The notes: generated from the letters alone by a model not told the origin. A stretch of 64,000 nucleotides of DNA from Octopus vulgaris (GCA_951406725.2 OX597830.1:36022001-36086000), one strand, 5' to 3'. Counted from the first letter of the stretch, positions 13,176 through 25,809 are shown. Program-made: numbers and translations.

Positions 13176-13911
13176 GCACATATACATATACACGCACACA
13201 CACATATACATACATACTAAGCCATATATGTGCATATATATATATTTATATATGTATGTACATATATGTGTGTCTGTATGTATGTATATATGTGTGTACA
13301 TGTATATTGTTTCGTTTTCATTTTGGCATGGGTGTTATGTATATGAGAGTATGATTCGTTCTAAGTTGATTTCTTTTTAGTTTTGTTTTTCATGCTGTTT
13401 TCTTCCTAATGATGATGAGAATGATGATGATGCTACTCAAAATGCTGACGTTTATATTTATATATTTATGGTGTTTCTTTTTATAAATATTTTGTTGCTT
13501 AGTTGTCAATTTCGGTTGTATTTTTTGCTATTTTTTTCACTTTGTATAACTTTTTGTATAATCATAAATTTGATGGGTATAGGTATACATATGCGCGAGC
13601 GTATGTCTGCCTGTATGCATATTCATATTATATATCTGTGTATATAAATATATATATATATATATATACACATATATGTATCTCTGCGTGTGTGTGAGTG
13701 AGTGTGTGCGTGCGTGTGTGTAGATGAGTAGATATGAATTTGTATTTATGAACATATATACACACGCAAACTAACACTTGCACACGAATACACACTTATT
13801 TATACACACATAATTTCTATGTATAAATACGTCTATGTATTTGTGCGTACAGGAATTTACATACCTATATATTACATATAAATGTATACATATATATATA
13901 TGTATCTATGT

Positions 13912-13972
<61 letters not shown>

Positions 13973-14651
13973 CATGCATGTATGTATACATATAATGTTA
14001 TATTATGTTTAATGTTTACGCTTGTACTGAATAATTTGCCTGTATATGCGTTAGCCTATACAGAAGGATTCTATGTGTGTGGGTCGGTATGCGAATGTCA
14101 CTTTCTGCCTCTTATACATATACACATATATATATATATTATGTATATATATGCATGCATACATATATTTATTTATATTACATATATGTATATATACATA
14201 TGTATGCTCAGGTATATGTATATATACTTGTATGTTTACATATAGATATACATTTATCTTCAACAGAACGAAGAGAAAATATCTCAGAGGACTGCTTTGC
14301 ATGCTAAGTACACACGTTGCAACGTCTTACACATGTAATATAGAAAGTTGAATAACATCGATTGAGATAATCGTTGTAATCTGAAGACAAATTTAAAGAC
14401 GGATAACTCTGATAATATCAGCTAATTGAGTGTTCGAAAATGTACACCCGAGTTATGTCCCCTGTTTGCTTTTCATTTTACGCTCTCTAAAGGATGTTCT
14501 CTCTGGCCTTCCACTTGCATGGAGAATCTGATTTTGTTAAGGCTGTTTTACCTCAGTATGTAACACAATTTTGACTCTAATATATACATACATGTTTAAT
14601 ATGTGTATATGATTAATTGTTTCTACCTATATATCTATATCTTTGTGTGTA

Positions 14652-14722
<71 letters not shown>

Positions 14723-14965
14723 AGAGAGTGAGAGAGAGAGAGGCTGAAGGAGAGTGAGAGAGAGACAGACAAAAAATGGCGATTGAAAGAGACAGAGAGC
14801 AAGAGAATCATGTACACAGACACACATGCTGAAAGATGTATATACGTATACAAACATGTATGTGTATGTGTATACATGATATGCATACATTTATTTGTTA
14901 AATCCTCGTTTTTATCAAGTGTTCTACCCATACATTTATATATATATATACATACATACATACAC

Positions 14966-14996
<31 letters not shown>

Positions 14997-15660
14997 GAGA
15001 TATGTAGAGGTGTGAATTCATGTGTGTGTATGCGTATGTGTGTGTTTACATATGTGGGCGATCGCGTGGCTAGCCTGCGTGTGCGTGTGTATCAGTGTGT
15101 ATGTTTGCCTGTATGTGTATGATATCTTTTGCGAGTGTTTGTATATGTATGCATACATCAAACGGAGTTAAAATATAACCGCTGGTTTATCTCCCTTTAC
15201 GTGTTCAGGATCTTTATCTTAAATCGAACTATGAAGATCAGATTGATATGCTAACTTACCGTTTTGCGTGCCTAATTGTCAAGAATGGCATTGAAAGGAC
15301 ACATTCAATAAGGGTAGCCATCAACAGAGTACCAATCACATACTTCAGTGAAAAGGGTTCATAAAATATGCATATAAACCTTACCTTTCATCAGGAAATT
15401 TAGTTTTGTAATAGCCAAAATTTGTGGCTATTGATCTAGAAATACCCGCAGAATGGACTGACTGGAAATAGAACCGATGTCTTCACAAAATGTTAATATA
15501 ATCTTTATTAAAACAGAAGGTTGATGTTGGACGATGAAGCAGAAGGTAACTTATTTCTAAAAAGTTAAATGTGTTTGTCAAGGCTGGAACGCTTTTCATG
15601 ATAATCCTGTGCGATCGCATCAAACTGTATATACTATATATATATATGTATGTATATATA

Positions 15661-15712
<52 letters not shown>

Positions 15713-15744
15713 GCGTACACACGTACAATCATACACACATACAC

Positions 15745-15793
<49 letters not shown>

Positions 15794-15794
15794 C

Positions 15795-15841
<47 letters not shown>

Positions 15842-15842
<1 letters not shown>

Positions 15843-16176
15843 CTCGGCACCGTGTGTCACGAAAGACCATGGCTGCGCCTAAGAGGTTCCCTTCCCGGGT
15901 ACAAGTCTGAGCGGAAAGTCGATTCACCGGCGAACGCACAACCTAGGGTTGCTTTTATGAAAGACCAGCAGTCTCTCATGCATACGAATTTCCCCCTTTC
16001 CAGGCAAAGACCGATACAGCTTGACACCCGTGACTTCGCAACTCACTTCTACAGCTGAGTGAATTAGAGCAACGTGAAATAAAATGTCTTGCTCAAAGTC
16101 ACAAAACGCAGCCCGGTCCGGGAATCGAACTCACAACCTCACAATCGTGTTCTCGACGCTCTAGCCACTTCGCCAA
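15842..16176 (-). mobile_element. tRNA-derived CORE-like SINE (family C) with (ATCT)n tail
   Basis: Minus strand: A box TGGCGAAGTGG, B box GTTCGATTCC, CORE-like GTGACTTTGAGCAAGACATTTTA. The 3' end runs into the (GATA)n array at 15795-15841. Confidence 0.8.
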
Positions 16177-16319
16177 TTCTAATGCTAATCCCAATAAGAT
16201 CAACCAATACAGCACCTTTTTATTGACATTAACAATAACATCAACGCAACGATTGACATGAAATATCGACACCAATACAAGCAACTCAGTCCCCAGCACA
16301 AGCCTAAACACAAATAATA

Positions 16320-16549
16320 CCTATTTCTTTACTACCCACAAGGGGCTACACACAGAAGGGACAAACAAGGACAGACAAACGGATTAAGTCGATTATATCG
16401 ACCCCAGTGCGCAACTTGTATTTATTTAATCGACCCCGAAAGGATGAAAGGTAAAGTCGACCTCGGCGGAATTTGAACTCAGAAAGTAGCAGCAGATGAA
16501 ATACGGCTACGCATTTCGCCCGGCGTGCTAACGTTTCTGCCAGCTCGCC
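16320..16549 (-). mobile_element. SINE family A, full length
   Basis: Close reverse-complement match to 34457-34690 and 53188-53405. Confidence 0.9.
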
Positions 16550-16658
16550 ATTAGCCTTATAAACACCAGCCTGAACACCAACAACAATACTGCCAATATA
16601 ATCACCATTAATGCAAACCTGAATATCAGGACTACCACCAGCACCAATACCAATGAAA

Positions 16659-17274
16659 TACGAGGAGGTGCTGAAAAGTTCCTGGTTGTAAGGGCATCAT
16701 GAAAGGCCTCGTAGGAGTCTCAAACGTCTGAGTTCTACAGGGATTAGAAAATAACTGAAGGACCGCTGCAATAAGTGTGAATATGAGAGGGGGATATCTT
16801 TATATATAAAAGTGAGGTTATGTGTTGTCTGTCTCCTACGATTTAGATTCCTAACTACTCCCACATTTTGCGGTGCAGTTTAACCAAAACCGGGTATCTT
16901 ATAGTCGTGATTCATATCGAGCCCTTCTGGGTATTAGCGCGCGTCTACGATGAGTCTACGATTTAAAAAAATTACCATCAATTTTTCCCATTTTTAATGC
17001 ATTTTTGGCATATATAAGGGAAGTAACTCTCTAAAAATTTATTATTAAATCTCAGAACGTAAAACGCTACAGTACCACCCACCCCCCCTTTGTGGTTAGC
17101 CATATTGAGATGGCTATTATACTTTACATCTCTAAAAATGCTTATATAGTTATTTCCCTTACAAACCCGAGCAACGCCGGGCGATACTGCTAGTGTTGAA
17201 TAAAATCATAATGAACTGATCCTCCAGTTTTATTTTACTTAAAGCCAGAAACAACTTTCCATCAACGCATCGTA
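16659..17274 (+). mobile_element. Mariner-derived non-autonomous element (split by a Helitron)
   Basis: TA-flanked imperfect TIRs (TACGAGGAGGTGCTGAAAAGTT / AACTTTCCATCAACGCATCGTA). Residual mariner C-terminus DRCNKC..RGGYVE* after rejoining across the insertion. Confidence 0.7.
16797..17193 (+). mobile_element. Non-autonomous Helitron (397 bp)
   Basis: 5' TC, 3' CTAG, subterminal hairpin CCCGAGCAACGCCGGG (17166-17181), inserted between A and T with no TSD. Confidence 0.85.
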
Positions 17275-17859
17275 ATACCACAGTCATCTTCATTACCGTT
17301 TCCATCATCGTCTGTATAACTAACTCCGTCATTACCTCCCCTATTAACAATTTAACAACGCTGTCGCCACCAGCAACAACAATACTGTCTCCAATACTAT
17401 CAATGGTAGTAACGAAGCCGATACAATCACAAGGCATCTTAATGCTCGTTTAACCTGTTAGAAATAGCAGTAAAATCGCCTTCAAATCAAACTCAATCGT
17501 CTTCTATAACAAATTTACCCGCGATAAATATCGCTAAAATTAGATGGTCACAGTTGTATAGGCGTTGATATTTCACCGCGTTTAGATTTCTCCAGCACGA
17601 CTCTACCCGCGAAATGCGAGACATGCTGCTTAATGTTATCCTGGATACATTATCTAGAAATAGATTGTACGGTTGTGACCGGAATACCTTTGAATGCTGG
17701 TAGGCTTGTGTTTGTACTGACCCTGCGTTAAACTGTGACATGCGTTATGCAGTATTCAACCACAGTGTGAGTGCGTGGTGTGTGTGTGTGCATGTATGTG
17801 TCTGTGTGTGTCTGTATGTGTGTCTGTATACATGACTGTGTGTGGGAGTGTTTGCGAAG

Positions 17860-17901
<42 letters not shown>

Positions 17902-17911
17902 CTGGATGGAG

Positions 17912-17989
<78 letters not shown>

Positions 17990-18008
17990 CTAGATAGATA
18001 GATAGATA

Positions 18009-19810
18009 TGTTTCTTTATTAGCCACACAGGGCTGCACACAGATAGAACAAATTACAAGGTAGAGCTTTTCTTTTGAAGGTTTAAAAAAAAAAAAAAAAA
18101 AAAAAAAGAAAGGGGGAGTTTCGATCAAAAGGGATCGGAAAAGGAGAGAAAGAGGACAAAAAAAAGGGGGGTTAAAAAAAAAGGGGGAGAGGAAAAAAAA
18201 TTGATCAATAGGGATCGTTATCACAGAAATGTCAATATGAAGTGTAAAGGGGAGGACAGGTGAGGTTTACCCGTGGAAAGAAAAGCCTACGGAAAAGACC
18301 ACGGTAACCTCGGTCAATGAAGTCACATTTTATATTTCTTTTTTTTTTTTTTTGCAAATAAGCAACTCTCTGTTTTTGATTTCTGGGTTCATAGGACTAT
18401 GCTCAAGGTGGCTTCGTCATTCATACGTGCCATTCTTGCTACATTCACCCATCTTTTTTTAAAACATTCGCTAGACAAAACTTGCCTCTCTACTCTCACT
18501 TTCCTTTTCAAGTGGTACTTGAAGAAGTTGATGAGAGATTGACCAGAGAGGAAAGTGTTTGTCTCCAATCCTTTCAGACGCGTCCACCAGATACATTCTT
18601 TCGCCATAGCCACAAGGATGATGAAAATAGCTCTTCCTTCCCGTTTGAAGGAAGGAGGCGTGACAATATTGACGATAGACTCAGCTGATAAACCGACTCG
18701 TCCCACACGTGACAGCAGTTGTTCGACATAAGCCCACAGGTCGGAAATTGTTGGACACTGAACGAGTGCGTGCAGAACGGTTTCGTCGCTCTGACCGCAT
18801 CTCGGGCAGGTCGGCCCCGTGTTTCTCGAGCCGTGTCTGTAGAGCTTATCCCGAACGGGTAGCGCTTCTCGGTAGCACTGCCAGGCCAGGGATCTCTGGA
18901 AGTTGTCCATGGGCCCTGGCCCGAAAGTCGTCCTGAACAGGCGGGTCAGGTACTCCTCGTCGACGTCCAGGTTCGCCCCGAGCTCGTCGTCGTACCTCCC
19001 CTCCACTAAACCCCTATAGAATGCTTTGGTTGTGTTGAAGTCACTTAAGGTCGACCCAGGACGGCAGAGTTGCTTGAGAGCAACGCGACACTCGCGGTGC
19101 CATTCGCCCTTCCTCGGCCTCTTTTTGATCCACGACTGCAGTTCGGTCATGGAGACGAGCTGCGGGAAAGCGTGCCTCACAAACGGCGACCACACCTGTT
19201 CACCGTCGTCTACATAGAGCCAGAGATGCCGCAGTCTCAGCGCGTGTCTGCGCATCATCAACCACGGCATGCCCAGCCCTCCTTTTAACGGGTGTTGACA
19301 GCAAATGGATCGCCTGACCATCGGGACGCATCCTTTCCACAAGAAGCGAAAGAGGATGCGTTGTAGTTTGGTGATGGTAGGGTCGGGACAAGGTACGACG
19401 GTCAGGCGGTAGTAGATGACGGACGCGATGTACGTGTTCGCCACCTCCGCTCGACCTTTTAGGGACAGTTTCCTCTCGGCCCATTGCCGGGCGAGAGTGA
19501 CCACCCTACTCGTTATCTCGTTCCAGTTCTTCTCCACTTGGAGGTCCGGACCAAACCAGACCCCGAGCAACTCAACCGGGCCGTCGGTCCAGCGTCCCAC
19601 GACGGAGGCGCTGGTGGACGGCATGGGCTTGCTTCTCCAGGTGCCTAGTCGCAAGCCCACTGACTTTTCCCGGTTGATTTTCGCTCCTGTCACCGCTTCG
19701 TAGTTTTTCAGTGTCTCGCCGACCAGCTCGATGTGCTCGTGGCTAGACACTATGACGGTGACGTCGTCCGCGTATGCAGACACGCTCGTCCCGCATCCCA
19801 ATTCTCGCGG
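18009..19810 (-). mobile_element. Tx1-type (L1 clade) non-LTR retrotransposon, 5'-truncated, copy 1, in (GATA)n
   Basis: Uninterrupted ORF2 C-terminal half plus a pyrimidine-rich 3' UTR ending AATAAAGAAACA. (GATA)n on both sides. Confidence 0.93.
18389..19810 (-). CDS. Partial ORF2 (RT C-terminus and zinc knuckle) of Tx1-type LINE; 5'-truncated, no true start
   Basis: YADD, LGVWFG, WAERKLSLKGRAEVAN, GGLGMP and [18 protein letters not shown] motifs. About 470 codons without stops. Confidence 0.9.
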   Translation of the reverse strand, partial: PRELGCGTSVSAYADDVTVIVSSHEHIELVGETLKNYEAVTGAKINREKSVGLRLGTWRSKPMPSTSASVVGRWTDGPVELLGVWFGPDLQVEKNWNEITSRVVTLARQWAERKLSLKGRAEVANTYIASVIYYRLTVVPCPDPTITKLQRILFRFLWKGCVPMVRRSICCQHPLKGGLGMPWLMMRRHALRLRHLWLYVDDGEQVWSPFVRHAFPQLVSMTELQSWIKKRPRKGEWHRECRVALKQLCRPGSTLSDFNTTKAFYRGLVEGRYDDELGANLDVDEEYLTRLFRTTFGPGPMDNFQRSLAWQCYREALPVRDKLYRHGSRNTGPTCPRCGQSDETVLHALVQCPTISDLWAYVEQLLSRVGRVGLSAESIVNIVTPPSFKREGRAIFIILVAMAKECIWWTRLKGLETNTFLSGQSLINFFKYHLKRKVRVERQVLSSECFKKRWVNVARMARMNDEATLSIVL

Positions 19811-19870
<60 letters not shown>

Positions 19871-19871
19871 T

Positions 19872-19921
<50 letters not shown>

Positions 19922-20677
19922 GGATGGATGGACAGACAGACAGATAGATAGATCCGTCTAAACTTCTTTATGTTATATACAGAGAGAATCATAGCGCCAG
20001 AGAATTACAAAGTCACACAAACATTGTGACAGAGAAATATAGATGAAGACAGAGAGCTACGGATATACAGATGACTGAGAGAGAGAGAGTGAGATACAGA
20101 TACGAATGGCGGGAAAATTGTAACTCGGTGAATACAAAAAGACACAAGAACGTTAAATGAACTCTCAGAAACGCAAAAACCTAAGACAAGAAATAAATAA
20201 AGCAAAATCAATGCGCCAATATAAGGTGGATAAAAATTGATATCCATTCGATGAAGACAATAAAACTATGCGGCTAATTATCGTGACTTTTGCCAGTCTT
20301 CCAGAACAGATTTAATGTGAAGTTAAAGCAATCCACTCCAGACGTTCAATACCATCAGATTTATTCAGTATTGTACTTTTTTTGGTTTTTATGTCGTTAA
20401 TGTTTTGTTGTTGTTTTTATTTTACATTTTTATTATCTATTTTTTTTTTATCATTATTTTGATTTTTACTTTTCAACGAAATAACTTTCTGTTTTTTTTT
20501 TTTGTTGTTGTGGTAGCGGTAGTTGTTGCTGATGTTGAAATTGTGACTTTTACTTTTAAAGTTCATAAAATCGGAAACAATTTTAATTGTTATGTCTGTG
20601 TAAGGTTTACGGATTCTCTGGTTCATTGTTCACTTAATTGATGTCATTTCCATTCAACTGAATATACATGAATACAC

Positions 20678-20758
<81 letters not shown>

Positions 20759-20905
20759 CAGACAGATATATATATATATACATATATACATATATACTTA
20801 AATATACATATACATATATACAAATATATATACATACATATACATATATATATATGTGTATATATATGTATATATATGTGTGTGTCTTGGTGTTGATTCG
20901 CTAGC

Positions 20906-21082
20906 TTCTGCACGCATTTTATTTCTCTCCTTGTTTCTCTCCGTGTTTCTTTTCTGTTGAAGAGCGTAGGCTCGAAACGTAAAAGACTTGTTTTATTTAT
21001 ATTCCTGAGCGCCATACTAATACAATTGTTTGTTTGTATTCCACCTGCCTTCGTCTTTTGTTTATTTTCATAAAGCTTCCCG

Positions 21083-21083
<1 letters not shown>
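20906..21083 (+). mobile_element. Penelope-like terminal-repeat remnant
   Basis: Pyrimidine-rich segment containing a minimal hammerhead motif and ending at (TA)n. Same layout as 47715-47885. Confidence 0.55.
20948..20986 (+). ncRNA. Minimal type I hammerhead ribozyme-like motif (core variant)
   Basis: TCTTTT-CTGTTGA-A-GAGC-GTAG-GCTC-GAAAC-GTA-AAAGA. CUGANGA core with an A6U change, 4-bp stem II, palindromic ACGT stem III. Confidence 0.55.
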
Positions 21084-21151
<68 letters not shown>

Positions 21152-21754
21152 TATACATCAGGTTGCTAGAAACTGACTGAAGCTTGGAAACTAGTCAGCA
21201 TTGATATATATGCCTTCGTGTGAGTGTGTTGTATTACACGAGGCACGGCTATAATCTAATCTAATCTTCGTCTGGGATGATTTCTTCTATTTTCTTTAAT
21301 TTTAGTCTCAGAAAAAAAAAGAAGAAACTGAAACCCAGCCGCTTCTTCAATTTTACATGTTTTTGAAAGTAAAGATGTTCCGTATTTAATCACGTGCATA
21401 CACCCACATTGATAAACACACGTACGCATGCATATACATACAAGCATAATTACATACTCAAACACAAATCAAACACACGTTGTTCCAACAGAGAATGGTT
21501 ACGTATAATATATATTTATCGGTTTAATAAAGTTTATGCTTGCCGTAGGAATAATTCTTATGCATTAAGCGTCAGTTTCTTAGGTAACCTGAAATGAGGA
21601 TTGATATCACAAGTTTCTTCTACACTAAAATCACATCAGAGAACCCAAATTCAGGGATCATAAATTTGGATCCTAATGGTTCCGAAACGGAGAATAGAAA
21701 TCTTGGGAAATTTAAAATAAATATGGCAAACATAATGCCAGACGTTTGTCAGTG

Positions 21755-21952
21755 GAATATTCTTTTTTGCTCTAGGCCCGAAATTTTGGGGGAGGTGACC
21801 AGTCGACCCAACCACGCAACTGATGCTTAATTTATCGACTCCGAAATGATGAAAGGTAATGTCAACCTCGGCGGAATTTGAACCCAGAACGTAAAGATAG
21901 ACGAAATACCGGTAAGCATAACGTGCTAACGATTCTGCCACCTCGCCGCCTT
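21755..21952 (-). mobile_element. SINE family A
   Basis: Reverse complement of head, B box and core. Confidence 0.85.
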
Positions 21953-21983
21953 ATGTCAGAGGAATATTAAAACCTAAACTGTA

Positions 21984-22375
21984 GAGGCGCAATGGCCCAG
22001 TGGTTAGGGCAGCGGACTCGCGGTCATAGGATCGCGGTTTCGATTCCCAGACCGGGCGTTTGTGAGTGTTTATTGAGCGAAAACACCTAAAGCTCCACGA
22101 GGCTCCGACAGGGGATGGTGATGATCCCTGCTGTACTCTTTCACCCCAACTTTCTCTCACTCTTACTTCCTGTTTCTGTTGTACCTGTATTTCAAAGGGC
22201 CGGCCTTGTCACTCTCTGTGTCACGCTGAATATCCCCGAGAACTACGTTAAGGGTACACGTATCTGTGGAGTGCTCAGCCACTTACACGTTAATTTCACG
22301 AGCAGGCTGTTCCGTTGATTCGGATCAACAGGAATCTTCGTCGTCGTAACCGACGGAGTGCTTCCTACTACCTAC
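21984..22375 (+). mobile_element. tRNA-derived SINE family B, full length with TSD
   Basis: A box TGGCCCAGTGG, B box GTTTCGATTCC, short (CTA)-like tail. 13-bp TSD TAAAACCTAAACT (21968-21980) / TAAAACCTACACT (22376-22388). Confidence 0.9.
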
Positions 22376-22543
22376 TAAAACCTACACTATTGATATGACG
22401 TCCTTATGGATAAATATGTTCAAAGAAGTCGTGTAATTATGTTAATTACATAATTACATATTACTATTCTATATTTTTGAGATGAGGAATTATGTACGTT
22501 ATTTACAATGGACGGATATGTGTCCTCATCTTGTTTGTTGTTA

Positions 22544-22586
22544 TCACAACATTTCGGTTTATGTACTCTCCAGCCTTCATCAGGTG
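22544..22586 (-). ncRNA. Hammerhead ribozyme-like motif, left arm
   Basis: CAC-CTGATGA-A-GGCTG-GAGAGTACAT-AAACC-GAAAT-GTT-GTG. Intact CUGAUGA and GAAA, eroded stem II. Confidence 0.6.
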
Positions 22587-22726
22587 TCCTGGAGGAATTT
22601 CGAACCCAGCCCTTTATTTGACTCACGGGGAAGACTCTTCTCATTCACCAACATCAGCAACATTAGGAATTAGAAAAGTGCACACCATGAGTCAAATAAA
22701 GGGTTGTGTTTGAAATTCCACCAGAA

Positions 22727-22768
22727 CATCTGATGGAGGCTGGAGAGTACATCAGTCAAAACGTTGTG
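22727..22768 (+). ncRNA. Hammerhead ribozyme-like motif, right arm (mutated)
   Basis: CAT-CTGATGG-A-GGCTG-GAGAGTACAT-CAGTC-AAAAC-GTT-GTG. Stem II retained, core mutated. Confidence 0.5.
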
Positions 22769-22962
22769 ATAACAACAGACAACAGGAGGTTACCTATCCG
22801 TCCATTTTTATATAAGGTATATTTAGCTTATGTGTAAAAATACGCTCATTGGAGAAACCATAGGAACTTCGTGAAATGATCGGTCTTATTTTTTTGTTAA
22901 TAGCCAACCAAGTGTCGTCTAATTATTCTTTAGAAGTTCCAGTAATTCATCTTCGAAGTTCT

Positions 22963-23008
22963 GAATAATAATAATAATAATAATAATAATGATGATGATG
23001 ATAATAAA

Positions 23009-23103
<95 letters not shown>

Positions 23104-23160
23104 CAACAACAACAACAACAAAAACAACAACAACAATAACAACAAAAACAACGACAACAA

Positions 23161-23219
<59 letters not shown>

Positions 23220-23265
23220 TAATAATAATAATAATAATAATAATGAAGATGATAATAATAATAAT
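22963..23265. repeat. (AAT)n/(AAC)n array
   Basis: Direct inspection. Confidence 0.95.
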
Positions 23266-23474
23266 AGGTAAAACTAGATTTCAGGAGACGAAAGGTATTG
23301 TCTTGACCTCGGAAGGAAGAAAAGCAGATCATTATTTGTGGGACGAGGGCAAGAAGCGTAAAGACACATAGTAATTACTGGTAAATAGGGATTGAGGAAA
23401 AGACAGTGGAGACTGATGATAATTACTTTAGTATTTAGCTAATGAGGCCCACGACGATGATTGAAATGCTTTTA

Positions 23475-23545
23475 ATCACCATCACCATAATAGTCATCTC
23501 CATCGTCATCACCATCATCATCATCATCATCATCATCACCATCAG

Positions 23546-23595
<50 letters not shown>

Positions 23596-23990
23596 CCATC
23601 ATCATCATCGCCATCATCATCATCATCATCATAATCATCACCACCTTCATCAGCACCATCATCATCATTACCATCATCATCACCATCATCATCACAATCA
23701 TCAGCGCCACCATCATCATTACCATCATCATCATGACCATCATCATCATCATCATCATCATTACTATCATCACTGTTATCATCATCATCACCATCATCAT
23801 CGTCGTCGTCGTTTTCCTTATCCGCCCTCGTTGCCATCATTAGCATTATCTTCATCATTATCATTATCATATTCGTTATCATCATTATGGTCGTCATTCT
23901 CATCATCATCATCATCATCAACATCATCATCTCCATCCTCATCCTCATCATCGTCACCACTATCATCACCAATTTGATCGTCATCACTGC
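23475..23990. repeat. Degenerate (CAT)n array
   Basis: Direct inspection. Confidence 0.95.
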
Positions 23991-24045
23991 CATCGACTAT
24001 CGTAGATAGCTAGGTAGATATAGATATAGATAGATAGATAGATAT

Positions 24046-24125
<80 letters not shown>

Positions 24126-24560
24126 CAAGATAGATAGACAGACAGACAGACAGAGTACTGTTTAATAGTTTCATTCAATTGACATTTTCGAATGAATCAT
24201 TTTTTTCTGTTACTTTTTCTTCACTACTTATTTTTAGCATTTGCAATTTTGGATGTAGTTCTTTCAATGTGCAACTCATAGAGCATGTGGCGATGGTGTG
24301 CACTCGTCATAATCGCTGGTTTAGATAGCGGTACACCTTGTCTATACCTTTGCAGATGTAATTAAATATTTCAATAGAATCTAATCACATAGGCAGAGTT
24401 ATGCACATTGGTTAAATTCCACGAATGAAGACCATCTGTTTCACAATCCAATTCAACTTCCTAACTGAATCTCCATGATAAATCGTCCACCGATTAATAT
24501 GGCTCAACACATCGCACACATAGTGTCTGTGTGTGTGTGCGTGCGTGTGTGTGTGTGTTT

Positions 24561-24620
<60 letters not shown>

Positions 24621-25718
24621 TGTTTCTTTATTAGCCACACCGGGCTGCACACAGATAGAACAAATTACAAGGTAGAGCTTTTCTTTTGAAGGGTTAGAAA
24701 AAAAAAAAAAAAAGGAAGGGGGGAGTTTCGATCAAAAGGGATCGTAAAAGGAGAGAAAGAGGACAAAAAAAAGGGGGGGTTAAAAAAAAGGGGGGAGGAA
24801 AAAAATTGATCAATAGGGATCGTTATCACAGAAATGTCAATATGAAGTGTAAAGGGGAGGACAGGTGAGGTTTACCCGTGGAAAGAAAAGCCTACGGAAA
24901 AGACCACGGTAACCTCGGTCAATGAAGTCACATTTTATATTTCTTTTTTTTTTTTTTTTTTTTTTGCAAATAAGCAACTCTCTGTTTTCGATTTCTGGGT
25001 TCATAGGACTATGCTCAAGGTGGCTTCGTCATTCATACGTGCCATTCTTGCTACATTCACCCATCTTTTTTTAAAACATTCGCTAGACAAAACTTGCCTC
25101 TCTACTCTCACTTTCCTTTTCAAGTGGTACTTGAAGAAGTTGATGAGAGATTGACCAGAGAGGAAAGTGTTTGTCTCCAATCCTTTCAGACGCGTCCACC
25201 AGATACATTCTTTCGCCATAGCCACAAGGATGATGAAAATAGCTCTTCCTTCCCGTTTGAAGGAAGGAGGCGTGACAATATTGACGATAGACTCAGCTGA
25301 TAAACCGACTCGTCCCACACGTGACAGCAGTTGTTCGACATAAGCCCACAGGTCGGAAATTGTTGGACACTGAACGAGTGCGTGCAGAACGGTTTCGTCG
25401 CTCTGACCGCATCTCGGGCAGGTCGGCCCCGTGTTTCTCGAGCCGTGTCTGTAGAGCTTATCCCGAACGGGTAGCGCTTCTCGGTAGCACTGCCAGGCCA
25501 GGGATCTCTGGAAGTTGTCCATGGGCCCTGGCCCGAAAGTCGTCCTGAACAGGCGGGTCAGGTACTCCTCGTCGACGTCCAGGTTCGCCCCGAGCTCGTC
25601 GTCGTACCTCCCCTCCACTAAACCCCTATAGAATGCTTTGGTTGTGTTGAAGTCACTTAAGGTCGACCCAGGACGGCAGAGTTGCTTGAGAGCAACGCGA
25701 CACTCGCGGTGCCATTCG
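24621..25718 (-). mobile_element. Tx1-type LINE, 5'-truncated, copy 2, in (GATA)n
   Basis: Translation from EWHRECR to the stop is identical to copy 1. Same 3' junction, different 5' truncation, (GATA)n on both sides. Confidence 0.93.

Positions 25719-25809
<91 letters not shown>

Larger units (their letters stand above)
22507..22806. mobile_element. Fold-back element: 119-bp inverted arms each carrying a hammerhead motif (Penelope-like inverted terminal repeats)
   Basis: 22507-22625 is an imperfect reverse complement of 22688-22806, with a 62-bp spacer. Confidence 0.8.

Noticed and set aside
18482-19703. Plus-strand ORFs overlapping the Tx1 element
   Set aside because: Short antisense shadows of a GC-rich coding region.
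21986-22058. tRNA-like sequence
   Set aside because: Imperfect cloverleaf that continues into a SINE body with a tail and TSD, so it is a SINE head and not a tRNA gene.
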